A stretch of DNA of 64,000 nucleotides from Chloroflexota bacterium (GCA_027623815.1 JAQBUV010000002.1:16633-80632); one strand, 5' to 3'. Positions 36,243-45,688 are shown, counted from the first letter of the stretch. The notes: generated from the sequence alone by a model not told the origin. Translations and numbers: made by a program.

Positions 36243-36653
36243 CTACCGCTTGGTGTACTGAGGTGCCCGGCGCGCCCGCTTGAGGCCGTATTTCTTGCTC
36301 TCTTTGATGCGAGAATCCCTGGTCATCAAGCCGTGACGCCGTAACGTGACTTTCAAGTCCTGGTCGAAGACCACCAGGGCGCGGGCAATACCGTGCCGGA
36401 TGGCTTCGGCCTGGGCGTTGACGCCGCCGCCGGTGACTTTGGCCACCACGCGAAATCTGTTGACGGTATCGGTAACCAGGAAGGCATGGTTAAGAATCAC
36501 CTGCCAGGGCTCCCAGTTGAAATACTCATCAGAGGGCTTGCCGTTAACGAGCATCGGGCCCGGGTCATCAGCGTAGAGCCTAACTCTGGCGATAGCGCAC
36601 TTGCGCTTGCCGGTGCCGTAATGATAATGCTGTTGAGTTTCCGCCTGTACCAA
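36243..36653 (-). CDS. rpsI: 30S ribosomal protein S9 (uS9)
   Basis: 'GTGKRKCAIARV', 'GGGVNAQAEAIRHGIARAL' and a C-terminal 'KKYGLKRARRAPQYTKR'. Confidence 0.95.
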   Translation of the reverse strand: MVQAETQQHYHYGTGKRKCAIARVRLYADDPGPMLVNGKPSDEYFNWEPWQVILNHAFLVTDTVNRFRVVAKVTGGGVNAQAEAIRHGIARALVVFDQDLKVTLRRHGLMTRDSRIKESKKYGLKRARRAPQYTKR

Positions 36654-36661
36654 GTTAATAC

Positions 36662-37108
36662 CTACCCTTCTTGCTGTTCAGTATCTGGTCGTACTTGCGC
36701 TTCATGAGGATGGTTGTCGCCAGCGTATACTTTTAACCTACTCATCATCTGTCGGCCCTGGTGGTTACGGGGAAGCATCCCCTTGACCGCCAACTGGATC
36801 ACCCGCTCTGGATGCTGTGCCAGCATGTCACGCAATATTATAGTCTTTAGATTGCCGACGTAGCCGCTGTGCCGGTAGTACATCTTCTGTAGCAGTTTCC
36901 GACCGGTGACGCGCACTTTGTCGGCATTGAGCACTACCACGTGGTCACCGGTGATCACGTGGGGCGTAAAAGTCGGCTTGTCCTTACCCTGCAGTATCAC
37001 CGCGATATCTCGGGAAACCCGTCCCAAGGTCTTTCCGGTGGCGTCAATAACTCGCCAGTTATCGGTCACCTCGCCGGGCTTGGGGAAATAGGTGCTAGTC
37101 CGTTTCAT
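36662..37108 (-). CDS. rplM: 50S ribosomal protein L13 (uL13)
   Basis: '[33 protein letters not shown]' and '[12 protein letters not shown]'. Confidence 0.95.
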   Translation of the reverse strand: MKRTSTYFPKPGEVTDNWRVIDATGKTLGRVSRDIAVILQGKDKPTFTPHVITGDHVVVLNADKVRVTGRKLLQKMYYRHSGYVGNLKTIILRDMLAQHPERVIQLAVKGMLPRNHQGRQMMSRLKVYAGDNHPHEAQVRPDTEQQEG

Positions 37109-37934
37109 CTGTCGCCTTAACCTTGTCCCAAAAATCGGTGTATGTCACTTTCATCAGGCACAGCCCACGGGCTGGCAGGGAAGGCCATGCCAGACCTTCG
37201 GGCAGTTTGTTATCCAATATGTCTTTTACGATGCTGGTTGGCCATTTGCCTTTGCCAACTTCTACCAGAATGGCGTTGGCCCGCCGTATCTGATGCTTCA
37301 GGAAGCCCGTGGCCTCACAATCAATGATTATTGTCTCGTGTTCCCTGCGTACGTCCCAGCGCATAACCTGGCGCACCGCACTTTTTTCGATTGGATGGCT
37401 CAACGCCAACGGTCGGAAGTCATGGACTCCCACCAGGTGTTGGGCCGCCTGGGACATTACATCTGTATTTAGCTCATCCCTAATCCAGTGCTGTGCGTAC
37501 CTGCCCAAGGGAGACGGCCACGTTCGATTCAAAATGCTATACCGATAAATTCGGCTGGCGGCGTTCTTCCGTGAGTGGAAGTCTGACGTGACTTCATAAG
37601 CTGCCTGTACCTTTATATCAGGAGGTAGGTAATAATTCAATGCCCTGGGGAAATTACCTACCGCATAGCTGGCCTGAGTGAGAAAGTCAACGACTTGGCC
37701 AAAGGCGTGCGCGCCAGAGTCGGTGCGGCTGGCCCCGCGAATCCTGATCTGTTCTCTAGTAAAGGCAGTTAACGCTTGTTCAATTGCTCCTTGTATCGTC
37801 GGTTGGTCCACCTGAACTTGGAACCCCGCGTATTGAGTTCCATCATATTCGATGATCAAGGCCAGCCTGCGTACTGGCTGACCTTGTGCTTCTACGCTGA
37901 AAGCCTCAGATGGTCTATGTCCGGTCTCTTCCAA
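37095..37934 (-). CDS. truA: tRNA pseudouridine(38-40) synthase TruA
   Basis: '[14 protein letters not shown]' and the catalytic '[15 protein letters not shown]'. It overlaps rplM by 14 nt. Confidence 0.9.
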   Translation of the reverse strand: MEETGHRPSEAFSVEAQGQPVRRLALIIEYDGTQYAGFQVQVDQPTIQGAIEQALTAFTREQIRIRGASRTDSGAHAFGQVVDFLTQASYAVGNFPRALNYYLPPDIKVQAAYEVTSDFHSRKNAASRIYRYSILNRTWPSPLGRYAQHWIRDELNTDVMSQAAQHLVGVHDFRPLALSHPIEKSAVRQVMRWDVRREHETIIIDCEATGFLKHQIRRANAILVEVGKGKWPTSIVKDILDNKLPEGLAWPSLPARGLCLMKVTYTDFWDKVKATDETD

Positions 37935-37967
37935 ATTAAAGCCAAGTCTTCAAGACGGCGGGTTGGC

Positions 37968-38324
37968 CTACGCTACTAATTCAATAACCGCCATCTCCGC
38001 CCCGTCACCTTGACGGCGACCTAGCTTGGTGATACGCGTGTACCCCCCAGGGCGTTCGGCAAACCTTAACGACAAGTCGTCGAAGACCTTCTTGACCACT
38101 TTCTTGTTGGGTATCTGACTCAGAGCCAGCCTGCGATGATGCAGGGTGCCTTTTTTGCCATGAGTTATCAGCTTCTCGGCCACTATCCTGGTTTCTTTGG
38201 CCTTGGCCAGGGTGGTGGTGATCCGCTCGTGGTTAACTAACTCTACCGTGAGGCCCCGGAGCAGCGCTTTACGCTGGTCTTTCTTCCGGCTTAAATTCCT
38301 ACCGGTTACATGATGTGACGCCAT
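37968..38324 (-). CDS. rplQ: 50S ribosomal protein L17 (bL17)
   Basis: 'LSRKKDQRKALLRGLTVELVNHERITTTLAKAKE' and 'RPGGYTRITKLGRRQGD'. Confidence 0.95.
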   Translation of the reverse strand: MASHHVTGRNLSRKKDQRKALLRGLTVELVNHERITTTLAKAKETRIVAEKLITHGKKGTLHHRRLALSQIPNKKVVKKVFDDLSLRFAERPGGYTRITKLGRRQGDGAEMAVIELVA

Positions 38325-38326
38325 AA

Positions 38327-39448
38327 CTAAACGGATTCCTCCTCATCCTGATCCAGGTCGAGACCGTCATCAGCCCCGACCAGGTCACGAAGATCCTCAG
38401 ACAGGTCGGATATTCCCATTGGAGATAGCGGCTCAGTGGGGAAAAGGTCACTGTCGCCAAGATCGTCGGAATCCTTGGGGTAGCTAGTGATGCCGCGCTC
38501 AGTAAGTTTCTCTCTCAATTCTTCCAGTGACTTATCACCAAAATTCCGTATCTTGAGCAGATCATCGTCGGACATTTCCAGGACTTCACCGACCTTGGTG
38601 ATATGGGCGCGTTTCAAGCAGTTCAGAGTCCTAGAGGAGAGGTCCAACCGCTCAATGGGCGTCTGGTAAATCTCTGGGGAAACGGTCAGAGTTATCCGGG
38701 GTTCGCCTGGCTCCACGGTGCGGTTCAGATTACTGAACAGGAAGAAGTGGTTAACCAGGCCATCGGCGGCTTCCCGCACAGCGTCAACTGGCGTTATTGT
38801 GCCGTCGGTCCAAATCTCCATCACCAGACGTTCGTAGTCAGTAACCTGGCCGACACGGGTGCGCTCGATATTATAGTTGACCTTGCGCACCGGGCTGAAA
38901 ATAGCATCCACTGGTAACACCCCAACCGGCAGTCCGGTGTCACCTTCGGATTGCACCGCCGGCTGATAACCCACGCCGTGTTCCACGTTGAACTCAATGG
39001 ACAGGCTGGAGTCTGCAGAGTCCAGGGTCGCCAGATGCAATTCAGGATTAACAATCTCAAAATCGGCTGAGGTGGAAATATCTCCGGCGCAAACGCGACC
39101 TTCACCGCTCACCTCCAGGCGCATCTTGCCGGTACGCTCGGATTCAGAGTGGATACGAATTCTCTTGATGTTCATCAAGAGGTCAATAACCTCCTCTTTC
39201 ACTCCGGTGACGGCGGTGTACTCATGTACAACGTTGTAGATTTTCACCCAAGTAATCGCAGCCCCCCTGATGGAGCTCAGGAGAATTCGACGTAGCGGGT
39301 TGCCAATGGTGATGCCATAACCCCTGGGCAGGGGTTCAATGGCAATCTTCCCGTAGGTATCTCCGCCTTCGAGAATTCTGATTTCTGGTTTTAACGACTC
39401 GGAGGCCGATTCAACCGTACCCGGAGAAAGGATATAAGTGTCTAACAT
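38327..39448 (-). CDS. rpoA: DNA-directed RNA polymerase subunit alpha (with ~45-aa acidic C-terminal tail)
   Basis: 'GKIAIEPLPRGYGITIGNPLRRILLSS' and the alpha-CTD 'LDLSSRTLNCLKRAHITKVGEVL'. It is 373 aa and ends in 'DGLDLDQDEEESV'. Confidence 0.95.
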   Translation of the reverse strand: MLDTYILSPGTVESASESLKPEIRILEGGDTYGKIAIEPLPRGYGITIGNPLRRILLSSIRGAAITWVKIYNVVHEYTAVTGVKEEVIDLLMNIKRIRIHSESERTGKMRLEVSGEGRVCAGDISTSADFEIVNPELHLATLDSADSSLSIEFNVEHGVGYQPAVQSEGDTGLPVGVLPVDAIFSPVRKVNYNIERTRVGQVTDYERLVMEIWTDGTITPVDAVREAADGLVNHFFLFSNLNRTVEPGEPRITLTVSPEIYQTPIERLDLSSRTLNCLKRAHITKVGEVLEMSDDDLLKIRNFGDKSLEELREKLTERGITSYPKDSDDLGDSDLFPTEPLSPMGISDLSEDLRDLVGADDGLDLDQDEEESV

Positions 39449-39456
39449 TAAGCCTG

Positions 39457-40083
39457 CTACCTCGAATAAAACTCTACTATCAGGCGGGAATCAATTGTCT
39501 TTCGCAAGTCCTCGTCGGCTGGCAATGTGGCTACCTGGCCACTCATCTCATCCATATTGAGAGACAACCACGACGGGATAGGCCGCTTGGGGATTCCGTC
39601 AGTCCGCTCCTTATAGAAGTCGGTCTGCTTGTCTGACTCTTTCCAGGATACAACATCTCCCACCCGCACCAAATAGGAGGGAATGTCGGTCTTTACGTTG
39701 TTAATTCGGAAGTGGCCGTGGTTCACGAATTGCCGGGCCTGTTTGCGAGAGTCCGCGAAACCCAGCATGTAGACCACGTTGTCCAAGCGGCGTTCCAGGA
39801 TGCGCAACAAATTGAGACCTGACATGCCCGGCGCATCAAAGGCTTTGTCCATATAAGTTCGGAACTGGCCTTCCATCACTCCAAACATCTGGCGGGCCTT
39901 TTGCTTCTCTCTCAGATGCAAGCCGTAGTCGGTGGCCCGGCGGCGGCGCGCCGAGGGATCACCAGGCGGTGAGTGGCGACGCTCAACTGCGCAACGTGGA
40001 GTGAAACAGCGGTCGCCCTTCAAGAACAGTTTTTCGCCAGCCCGCCGACATTGCCGACAGGACGGTCCCGTATACCTACCCAT
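39457..40083 (-). CDS. rpsD: 30S ribosomal protein S4 (uS4), zinc-type N-terminus
   Basis: I chose the start at ATG 40083 ('MGRYTGPSCRQCRRAGEKLFLKGDRCFTPRC'). The longer ORF-track start would overlap rpsK. Confidence 0.9.
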   Translation of the reverse strand: MGRYTGPSCRQCRRAGEKLFLKGDRCFTPRCAVERRHSPPGDPSARRRRATDYGLHLREKQKARQMFGVMEGQFRTYMDKAFDAPGMSGLNLLRILERRLDNVVYMLGFADSRKQARQFVNHGHFRINNVKTDIPSYLVRVGDVVSWKESDKQTDFYKERTDGIPKRPIPSWLSLNMDEMSGQVATLPADEDLRKTIDSRLIVEFYSR

Positions 40084-40094
40084 ATACTCTTCCC

Positions 40095-40478
40095 TTAAAC
40101 CCTTCTTCGTTTTGGTGGCCGGCACCCGTTATGGGGTATCGGCGTAACGTCTCGAATGCTAGTAACGTTCAACCCAGCGCCCTGTAGCGAGCGGATAGCC
40201 GCTTCTCTACCGGCTCCAGGCCCTTTGATGTACACGTCAATCTGGCGTAATCCCATTTCCATGCCCCGGCGGGCGGCTTGTTCGGCGGCTCTTTGGGCCG
40301 CGAAGGCAGTGCCTTTTCGGGAACCCTTGAAACCATTAACCCCGGCACTGGACGACGCGATCACGTTGCCGTCAGAATCGGTGATGCTGATCAGCGTATT
40401 GTTGAATGTAGAGTAGATATACGCCCGCCCCTGGGGAACAACGCGACGTTCTCTACGACGAGCTCTAGGTCTGGGCAT
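40095..40478 (-). CDS. rpsK: 30S ribosomal protein S11 (uS11)
   Basis: '[20 protein letters not shown]' and '[41 protein letters not shown]'. Confidence 0.95.
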   Translation of the reverse strand: MPRPRARRRERRVVPQGRAYIYSTFNNTLISITDSDGNVIASSSAGVNGFKGSRKGTAFAAQRAAEQAARRGMEMGLRQIDVYIKGPGAGREAAIRSLQGAGLNVTSIRDVTPIPHNGCRPPKRRRV

Positions 40479-40481
40479 GAT

Positions 40482-40874
40482 TTACTTCTTGCCTCCTGTG
40501 CGGCGGCCTCGGCCTGCTACGGTGCGCCGGGGCCCTTTGCGAGTGCGAGAGTTGGTACGAGTTCTTTGCCCGTGAACCGGCAGACCTCTCCGGTGCCGTA
40601 GGCCCCGATATGAGCCGATGTCGATGAGACGGCGAATATTCTGGTTTACATCCCGCCGCAGATCGCCTTCAATCATATAATCCCGGTCTATGATTTCCCG
40701 AAGACGGTCAACTTCATCTTCGCTAAGTTCGTTCATCCGGGGCGGCATCACCGTGTCCAGATCGGCTTTAGTCAATATTTCCGCCGCAATTTTCGCCCCG
40801 ACGCCGTAGATGCTGCGGAGGGCTACGTGGGCCCGTTTTCGGTCGGGGACATCTACCCCAGCAATTCGAACCAT
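40482..40874 (-). CDS. rpsM: 30S ribosomal protein S13 (uS13)
   Basis: '[26 protein letters not shown]' and '[21 protein letters not shown]'. Confidence 0.95.
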   Translation of the reverse strand: MVRIAGVDVPDRKRAHVALRSIYGVGAKIAAEILTKADLDTVMPPRMNELSEDEVDRLREIIDRDYMIEGDLRRDVNQNIRRLIDIGSYRGLRHRRGLPVHGQRTRTNSRTRKGPRRTVAGRGRRTGGKK

Positions 40875-40896
40875 TGCCAGACTCCTTTTCTAAGTA

Positions 40897-41010
40897 TTAG
40901 CCTTGCCGTTGAGCGTGACGGGCAGTGGGGCAGATTATTCTGATCACGCCCTTTCGCTTGATGACACGACAACTGTTGCATCTTGGTTTGACCGATGCGC
41001 TTACTTTCAT
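40897..41010 (-). CDS. rpmJ: 50S ribosomal protein L36 (bL36), zinc form; absent from the ORF track because it is below the size cutoff
   Basis: Hand translation of the minus strand gives [37 protein letters not shown] (37 aa). It has the CxxC...C...H pattern and the canonical position between infA and rpsM. Confidence 0.9.
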   Translation of the reverse strand: MKVSASVKPRCNSCRVIKRKGVIRIICPTARHAQRQG

Positions 41011-41058
41011 GGTTATTTCTCCTGGAAACTACTTGGGCCGGTATTGATTCTACCGGAA

Positions 41059-41277
41059 TTACTTGAACCGGTAGGTTATTCGGCCTCGGGTCAGGTCATA
41101 GGGCGAGAGTTCCACCAGCACCCGATCTCCTGGCAAAACCCGTATGAAGTGCATTCTGATTTTGCCGGAAACGTGGGCCAAGACCTGATGGTCGTTGGGG
41201 AGTTCCACCCGGAACATGCCATTGGGCAAGGCCTCAGTTACTTTTGCCTCGACCTCGATGGCTTCTTTTTTCGCCAT
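41059..41277 (-). CDS. infA: Translation initiation factor IF-1
   Basis: '[65 protein letters not shown]'. Confidence 0.95.
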   Translation of the reverse strand: MAKKEAIEVEAKVTEALPNGMFRVELPNDHQVLAHVSGKIRMHFIRVLPGDRVLVELSPYDLTRGRITYRFK

Positions 41278-41349
41278 ATTTCTCTCTGCCTCTACCCTGA
41301 CTATTATGGATCAAAGTTGATCGCGACGGCTGATCGCGATGGTTGATCG

Positions 41350-42156
41350 TTAGGAATGGACGGTTAGAATTTTTGGACCGTCTTCGGTGATGGCAATAGT
41401 GTGCTCAAAGTGAGCGGAAAGACTACCGTCTTCAGTCACGACCGTCCAATGGTCGTCAAGAATACGAGTATGCCAATCCCCAATGTTCAACATTGGCTCA
41501 ATGGCGATGCACATGCCAAGACGGAGTAACTGTCCTTTGCCTGCCTGCCCGTAATTGGGAACTTGCGGGTCTTCGTGCAGAAAGCGTCCAACCCCATGCC
41601 CAACAAACTCACGTACGACACCGTACCCGTGGGCCTCGGCGTAAGTTTGCACCGCCGCGCCAATGTCCCCAATCCGATTGCCTGGTTGGGCTGCCTTGAT
41701 TCCTTCTTCCAGACTTATCCTGGTCGCGTCCATCAAATCGGTGGCTGCTTGGGTGACCTCACCCACCCCCACCGAAACGGCAGCGTCGCCGATAAAGCCG
41801 TCTATGGTGGCGCCCACATCCATCTTAATTATATCGCCTTCGCGCAAAATGCGCTTGCCTGGTATCCCATGAACGATCTCTTCGTTCACCGAGGCGCAGA
41901 TGCTGGCTGGGAAGCCCCGATACCCCTTAAAGGTGGGCTTGGCCCCGCAACGGGTAATCTCTTTATAGGCGATATTGTCCAGGTCCCGAGTGGTCATCCC
42001 TGGTTCGACCGAGCACTTCAGCAAGGTCAATGCTGAACCGACAATTGCGCCAGCCTTGGCCATTGCCTCCAGTTCTTGGGGCGACTTGATGGTTACGCCA
42101 CCGTTATATGTAGACGGCGAGTTTGAAGCCGTCTTGGTACTGCGAGTTCGATTCAC
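41350..42156 (-). CDS. map: Type I methionine aminopeptidase
   Basis: 'FKGYRGFPASICASVNEEIVHGIP', 'DVGATIDGFIGDAA', 'VREFVGHGVG' and 'AIEPML'. The N-terminal ~20 aa may be extension, so the start is uncertain. Confidence 0.9.
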   Translation of the reverse strand: MNRTRSTKTASNSPSTYNGGVTIKSPQELEAMAKAGAIVGSALTLLKCSVEPGMTTRDLDNIAYKEITRCGAKPTFKGYRGFPASICASVNEEIVHGIPGKRILREGDIIKMDVGATIDGFIGDAAVSVGVGEVTQAATDLMDATRISLEEGIKAAQPGNRIGDIGAAVQTYAEAHGYGVVREFVGHGVGRFLHEDPQVPNYGQAGKGQLLRLGMCIAIEPMLNIGDWHTRILDDHWTVVTEDGSLSAHFEHTIAITEDGPKILTVHS

Positions 42157-42203
42157 CTGGTTATTCTACTCCTGTTTGGCGCGGTTGGGAACCTGGCATC
42201 AGT

Positions 42204-42452
42204 TTACATGAGGTCGTCAATAACGACCCCAATCCCACCAGAGTCCCTTATTTTCTGTAGCTCCACCTCCTGCAATTTGGTTGGCTTTTTGCAGGGCTGC
42301 TTGAACTCAATCCCCATCATCCGGCCACGGTAGCAGCAGAGGATGTCTGGAGTCCCTCGTTGTTGCATCGCAGACCCCACCACCTTGAACACATAAGCGC
42401 CGGACTCTCTCAGGTACTCAATAGCTCTGCGCTGTAAAGTTGATTCTCTCAT
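42204..42452 (-). CDS. VRR-NUC domain nuclease (PD-(D/E)xK superfamily), 82 aa
   Basis: 'ESGAYVFKVVG...RGTPDILCCYRGRMMGIEFKQ' gives G-x-PD ... E-x-K spacing typical of stand-alone VRR-NUC proteins. Its start overlaps the upstream stop (ATGA). Confidence 0.7.
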   Translation of the reverse strand: MRESTLQRRAIEYLRESGAYVFKVVGSAMQQRGTPDILCCYRGRMMGIEFKQPCKKPTKLQEVELQKIRDSGGIGVVIDDLM

Positions 42453-42730
42453 TTGCTAGTGATGTTATCGCAGTGCCATTGCGATATCCGCCATGAATCC
42501 GCCTTCAGCATATCAGGAATAAATGTCTTAGCCAAGCAGAGCATATAACTCTTCTCTGCAATGCTCTTGGATTGATTGATCTGAGTGTCTCCGTGATTGA
42601 CTCCGAAAAACCATCCGATCCCAATCCCGATTACCAACAACAGTATGTGCGGCCAATTACTTTGGTGACGATGCCAGAAATTACTCATGATTCTCTCACC
42701 AGTGCCACCACTTTTTTTCGGCTTCGGCAA
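42449..42730 (-). CDS. Small single-pass membrane protein, unknown function
   Basis: 93-aa ORF (or 79 aa from the ATG at 42688). It has one TM helix 'WPHILLLVIGIGIGWFFGV' and is translationally coupled to the VRR-NUC gene. Confidence 0.5.
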   Translation of the reverse strand: MPKPKKSGGTGERIMSNFWHRHQSNWPHILLLVIGIGIGWFFGVNHGDTQINQSKSIAEKSYMLCLAKTFIPDMLKADSWRISQWHCDNITSK

Positions 42731-42744
42731 ACTATCTCTATACT

Positions 42745-43416
42745 TCAGTTTACATCAACCGGCAACTGGCCCAATGCTGAGAGCACCCGATGGTTTACAT
42801 CCTCAACACTGCCAATGCCAGGTACTTCAATCAGCAAACCCCGCTGGCGATAATAGTCGAGGAGCGGGAATGTTTCGGTCTGATAAACCTGGAGCCGCTG
42901 CTCTACCGCCTCCGGGCGGTCATCGTCCCGTTGATAGAGTTCTCCCCCACAATTGGAGCATTTGCCGTCGCCGCCCTGGGTCTCAGACAAAGTATGCGGC
43001 GCCTGACACTCCCGGCAAGTGTATCGTCCGCCCAGCCGATGAAGCAGTTCCGCTTCATCTACGTTGATGAAAACCACCCAGTCCAACCTACGAGAGCGTT
43101 CTGCCAGTGTATTATCCAGCGCCACCGCTTGATCGACCGTTCTGGGAAAGCCGTCAAGTAGGAACCCCTCCTGGGTGGAAACCCCCAATACTTTGTCCAG
43201 GATAATGCCAATGGTGATTTCATCTGGCACCAACAGACCTTGATGGATGTACGAGGCGGCCTGCTGGCCTAACCCTGTCCGCTCCCTCAAATGGTACCGG
43301 AACAAGTCTCCTGAGCTGATGTGGGGAACTTTAAGTTGTTCTTTTAGAAGTTGTGCCTGAGTCCCTTTACCCGCTCCGGGAGGGCCCATCAGCACCAGTC
43401 GTAATGATGAATTCAC
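42745..43416 (-). CDS. adk: Adenylate kinase (zinc-lid type)
   Basis: The P-loop is 'LMGPPGAGKGTQAQLL' and the lid is 'CRECQAPH...CSNCGGELYQRDDD'. Confidence 0.95.
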   Translation of the reverse strand: MNSSLRLVLMGPPGAGKGTQAQLLKEQLKVPHISSGDLFRYHLRERTGLGQQAASYIHQGLLVPDEITIGIILDKVLGVSTQEGFLLDGFPRTVDQAVALDNTLAERSRRLDWVVFINVDEAELLHRLGGRYTCRECQAPHTLSETQGGDGKCSNCGGELYQRDDDRPEAVEQRLQVYQTETFPLLDYYRQRGLLIEVPGIGSVEDVNHRVLSALGQLPVDVN

Positions 43417-43419
43417 TGA

Positions 43420-44748
43420 CTATCTTAAGAAACCTTCATAATTTCGCATTAACAATTGGGCCTCTAACTGCCGCAGGGTGTCCAGACCCACGCCCACCAT
43501 AATCAGCAAGCTGGTGCTGCTCAGTGAGACCGCCTGCACGTTGGTTATCAGCGAGGCCAAATAGGGCACGATTGCCACGAATCCCAGGAACAGCGCCCCA
43601 CCCATTGTGATACGGACGATTACCCGGTTCAAATAGTCTTGGGTAGGTTTGCCGGGTCTTATGCCAAGAACAAAGCCGCCATTGCGCTGCAAGTTTTCGG
43701 CCAGTTGTTGTTGATTGAACACCACCAGGGTATAAAAGAAGGTGAAGATCACCACCAGTATGAACACTAGCACCCAATAGAACGGCGCGGTTGGGGTGAA
43801 TAAGTCAGCGAAGAAAGTGGCTATGTTTCCCACTATGCCGCTGCTGGTGGCGAAGTAAGTCGCCATCGCGCCGGGTAATATCACAATTGAGAAGGCAAAT
43901 ATCAGAGGAATCATTCCCGCTGAGTTAATTCGCAAAGGGATATAAGTAGACCCGCTCTGGCGATACATCCTGCCGCTTCGGAATACGCTCCGCCCGTACT
44001 GCACTGGTATTCGCCGGGCCGCTTCATTGAACAATACGATCAACGCGATAATCACAACTCCGATGATTACAAAGAAGCCAATGCCCAGCAGGTTGTCGCG
44101 GTCGACAAACCCCTGAGTTACCAGGGATGGGAATCCTACCACGATACCGGCGAAAATAATTAGTGATATTCCGTTTCCAATGCCGCGCTCGGTGATGAGT
44201 TCTCCCAACCAGACCAGGAACATAGTACCGGCGGTCATGGAGACGATCGCCGCCAGGGTGGGCAGCAGCGCGGTTCCAGTAAAACCTACTTCGGTCAATA
44301 CGTTGCTCTGCTGAAGCAGCACCAATTGCGCTACCGCCTGAGAAATTGCGATTGGCACCGTCAGCCAGTGAACCATGCGGTTCATTTTGACCCGACCGCC
44401 TTCGCCTTCACGGGACAGGGCCTGGAGTTGAGGAATTACTGGGGTTAGCAACTGAATGACGATTGAGGCGGTGATATAAGGAAATACGCCCAAGGCGACG
44501 ATGCTCATTCTGCTGAGCGCGCCACCGCTGAAGAGATCCAGAAATCCGAGCAGTTGATTGCCCCGGAACAGGTTATCCAGTTGCACCTGGTCAATCCCAG
44601 GGATAGGGATGTGGGCGACAAACCGGTACAGAACCAGAATACCCAGGGTAAATAGAATTTTGGCACGCAGGTCTGGCAGGCTGAAGGCGTCAATCGCCGC
44701 CTGGATCAGACTGGGCCATCGGGTCCCCTGAGCTTCGGTAGAAACCAT
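43420..44748 (-). CDS. secY: Preprotein translocase subunit SecY
   Basis: 442 aa with 10 TM segments. It has 'FSGGALSRMSIVALGVFPYITASIVIQLL' and 'GGFVLGIRPGKPT'. Confidence 0.95.
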   Translation of the reverse strand: MVSTEAQGTRWPSLIQAAIDAFSLPDLRAKILFTLGILVLYRFVAHIPIPGIDQVQLDNLFRGNQLLGFLDLFSGGALSRMSIVALGVFPYITASIVIQLLTPVIPQLQALSREGEGGRVKMNRMVHWLTVPIAISQAVAQLVLLQQSNVLTEVGFTGTALLPTLAAIVSMTAGTMFLVWLGELITERGIGNGISLIIFAGIVVGFPSLVTQGFVDRDNLLGIGFFVIIGVVIIALIVLFNEAARRIPVQYGRSVFRSGRMYRQSGSTYIPLRINSAGMIPLIFAFSIVILPGAMATYFATSSGIVGNIATFFADLFTPTAPFYWVLVFILVVIFTFFYTLVVFNQQQLAENLQRNGGFVLGIRPGKPTQDYLNRVIVRITMGGALFLGFVAIVPYLASLITNVQAVSLSSTSLLIMVGVGLDTLRQLEAQLLMRNYEGFLR

Positions 44749-44754
44749 ACTGTG

Positions 44755-45198
44755 CTAGATTTCCTCCACGGTGCCGCCGGCAGCCTCAATCTTCTGCCGG
44801 GCCGATTGGGTAAACTTATGGGCAACCACTGTGACGGCTTTGGTCAATTCACCGTCTCCCAGTATCTTTACCGGCATACCCTTGTCCCGTAGAATACCTC
44901 GCTCTTGCAATAGTTCTAGCGAGACTCGCTCACCAGTGTTGAATTGCTCTAGACTCTCCAGCATCACCAGGGCGTAATAAGCCTTGAATTTGTTGGTGAA
45001 GCCTCGCTTCATGGGCAGGCCCTTGATCATGCGTAACTGACCGCCCTCAAAGCCCCTTATTGTGCTTCGACCCGAGCGGGAGTTCTGTCCCTTGGTTCCA
45101 CGACCACCGGTGGTGCCTCCGCCCGCTGCGTTGCCGCGACCGATGCGCATTCTAGCTTTTCTGGCCCCTTTTGGGGGCTGAAGCTGATGTTCTCTCAT
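44755..45198 (-). CDS. rplO: 50S ribosomal protein L15 (uL15)
   Basis: 'GRGNAAGGGTTGGRGTKGQNSRSG' and 'FEGGQLRMIKGLPMKRGF'. Confidence 0.95.
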   Translation of the reverse strand: MREHQLQPPKGARKARMRIGRGNAAGGGTTGGRGTKGQNSRSGRSTIRGFEGGQLRMIKGLPMKRGFTNKFKAYYALVMLESLEQFNTGERVSLELLQERGILRDKGMPVKILGDGELTKAVTVVAHKFTQSARQKIEAAGGTVEEI

Positions 45199-45294
45199 AT
45201 TACTTGGTGCCTCTAGAAAATATTTTAATGGTTTACGCTGCGCGGCTCTAGGGGTTTGAGGTGCTGAAATTTTACGTGTTTAAAAAGCTTAGGA

Positions 45295-45323
45295 AATCTA
45301 AATTATTTCAGTGTCCTGCTCAA
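45295..45323 (-). promoter_or_regulatory. Speculative internal promoter in the rpmD-rplO spacer
   Basis: On the minus strand: TTGAGC (45323-45318), a 17-nt spacer, then TAGATT (45300-45295), within an AT-rich spacer. Confidence 0.25.
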
Positions 45324-45464
45324 TCTAACTGGCGGAAAATAAGGCCGCTGTGTTAAGGGCAGATAATCGTCGCTGGATCAATCACGGACACGGGCTTGGC
45401 CCACTTTCCTATCATAAGGGCTAGGGCTAGCTTCTGCGTTTCGACTTGACCCGGTCGTCGACTA

Positions 45465-45653
45465 CTATGCCTCAGCGATTTCCTCTACCGACAGCAGGTG
45501 CTGAACTTTGTTTACCATACCCCTTATCGTCGGAGTATCACCGTGAGTTACAGTATGGTTTAGCCGCTTTAGTCCCAAGGCTAGAATGACTTTTTCCTGG
45601 TTTTGAGGCCGACCAATACAGCTTTTGGTCCATGTAATCTTGAGTTGAGCCAT
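45465..45653 (-). CDS. rpmD: 50S ribosomal protein L30 (uL30)
   Basis: 'MAQLKITWTKSCIGRPQNQEKVILALGLKRLNHTVTHGDTPTIRGMVNKVQHLL'. The ATG at 45653 has AAGGTG 5 nt upstream. Confidence 0.9.
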   Translation of the reverse strand: MAQLKITWTKSCIGRPQNQEKVILALGLKRLNHTVTHGDTPTIRGMVNKVQHLLSVEEIAEA

Positions 45654-45688
45654 AAACGCACCTTTGAATCGCAATCCTGGGAATCCAA

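Noticed and set aside
40903-41346. 147-aa plus-strand ORF spanning the rpmJ-infA region
   Set aside because: The minus strand here encodes textbook bL36 and IF-1. The plus-strand ORF is a by-product.
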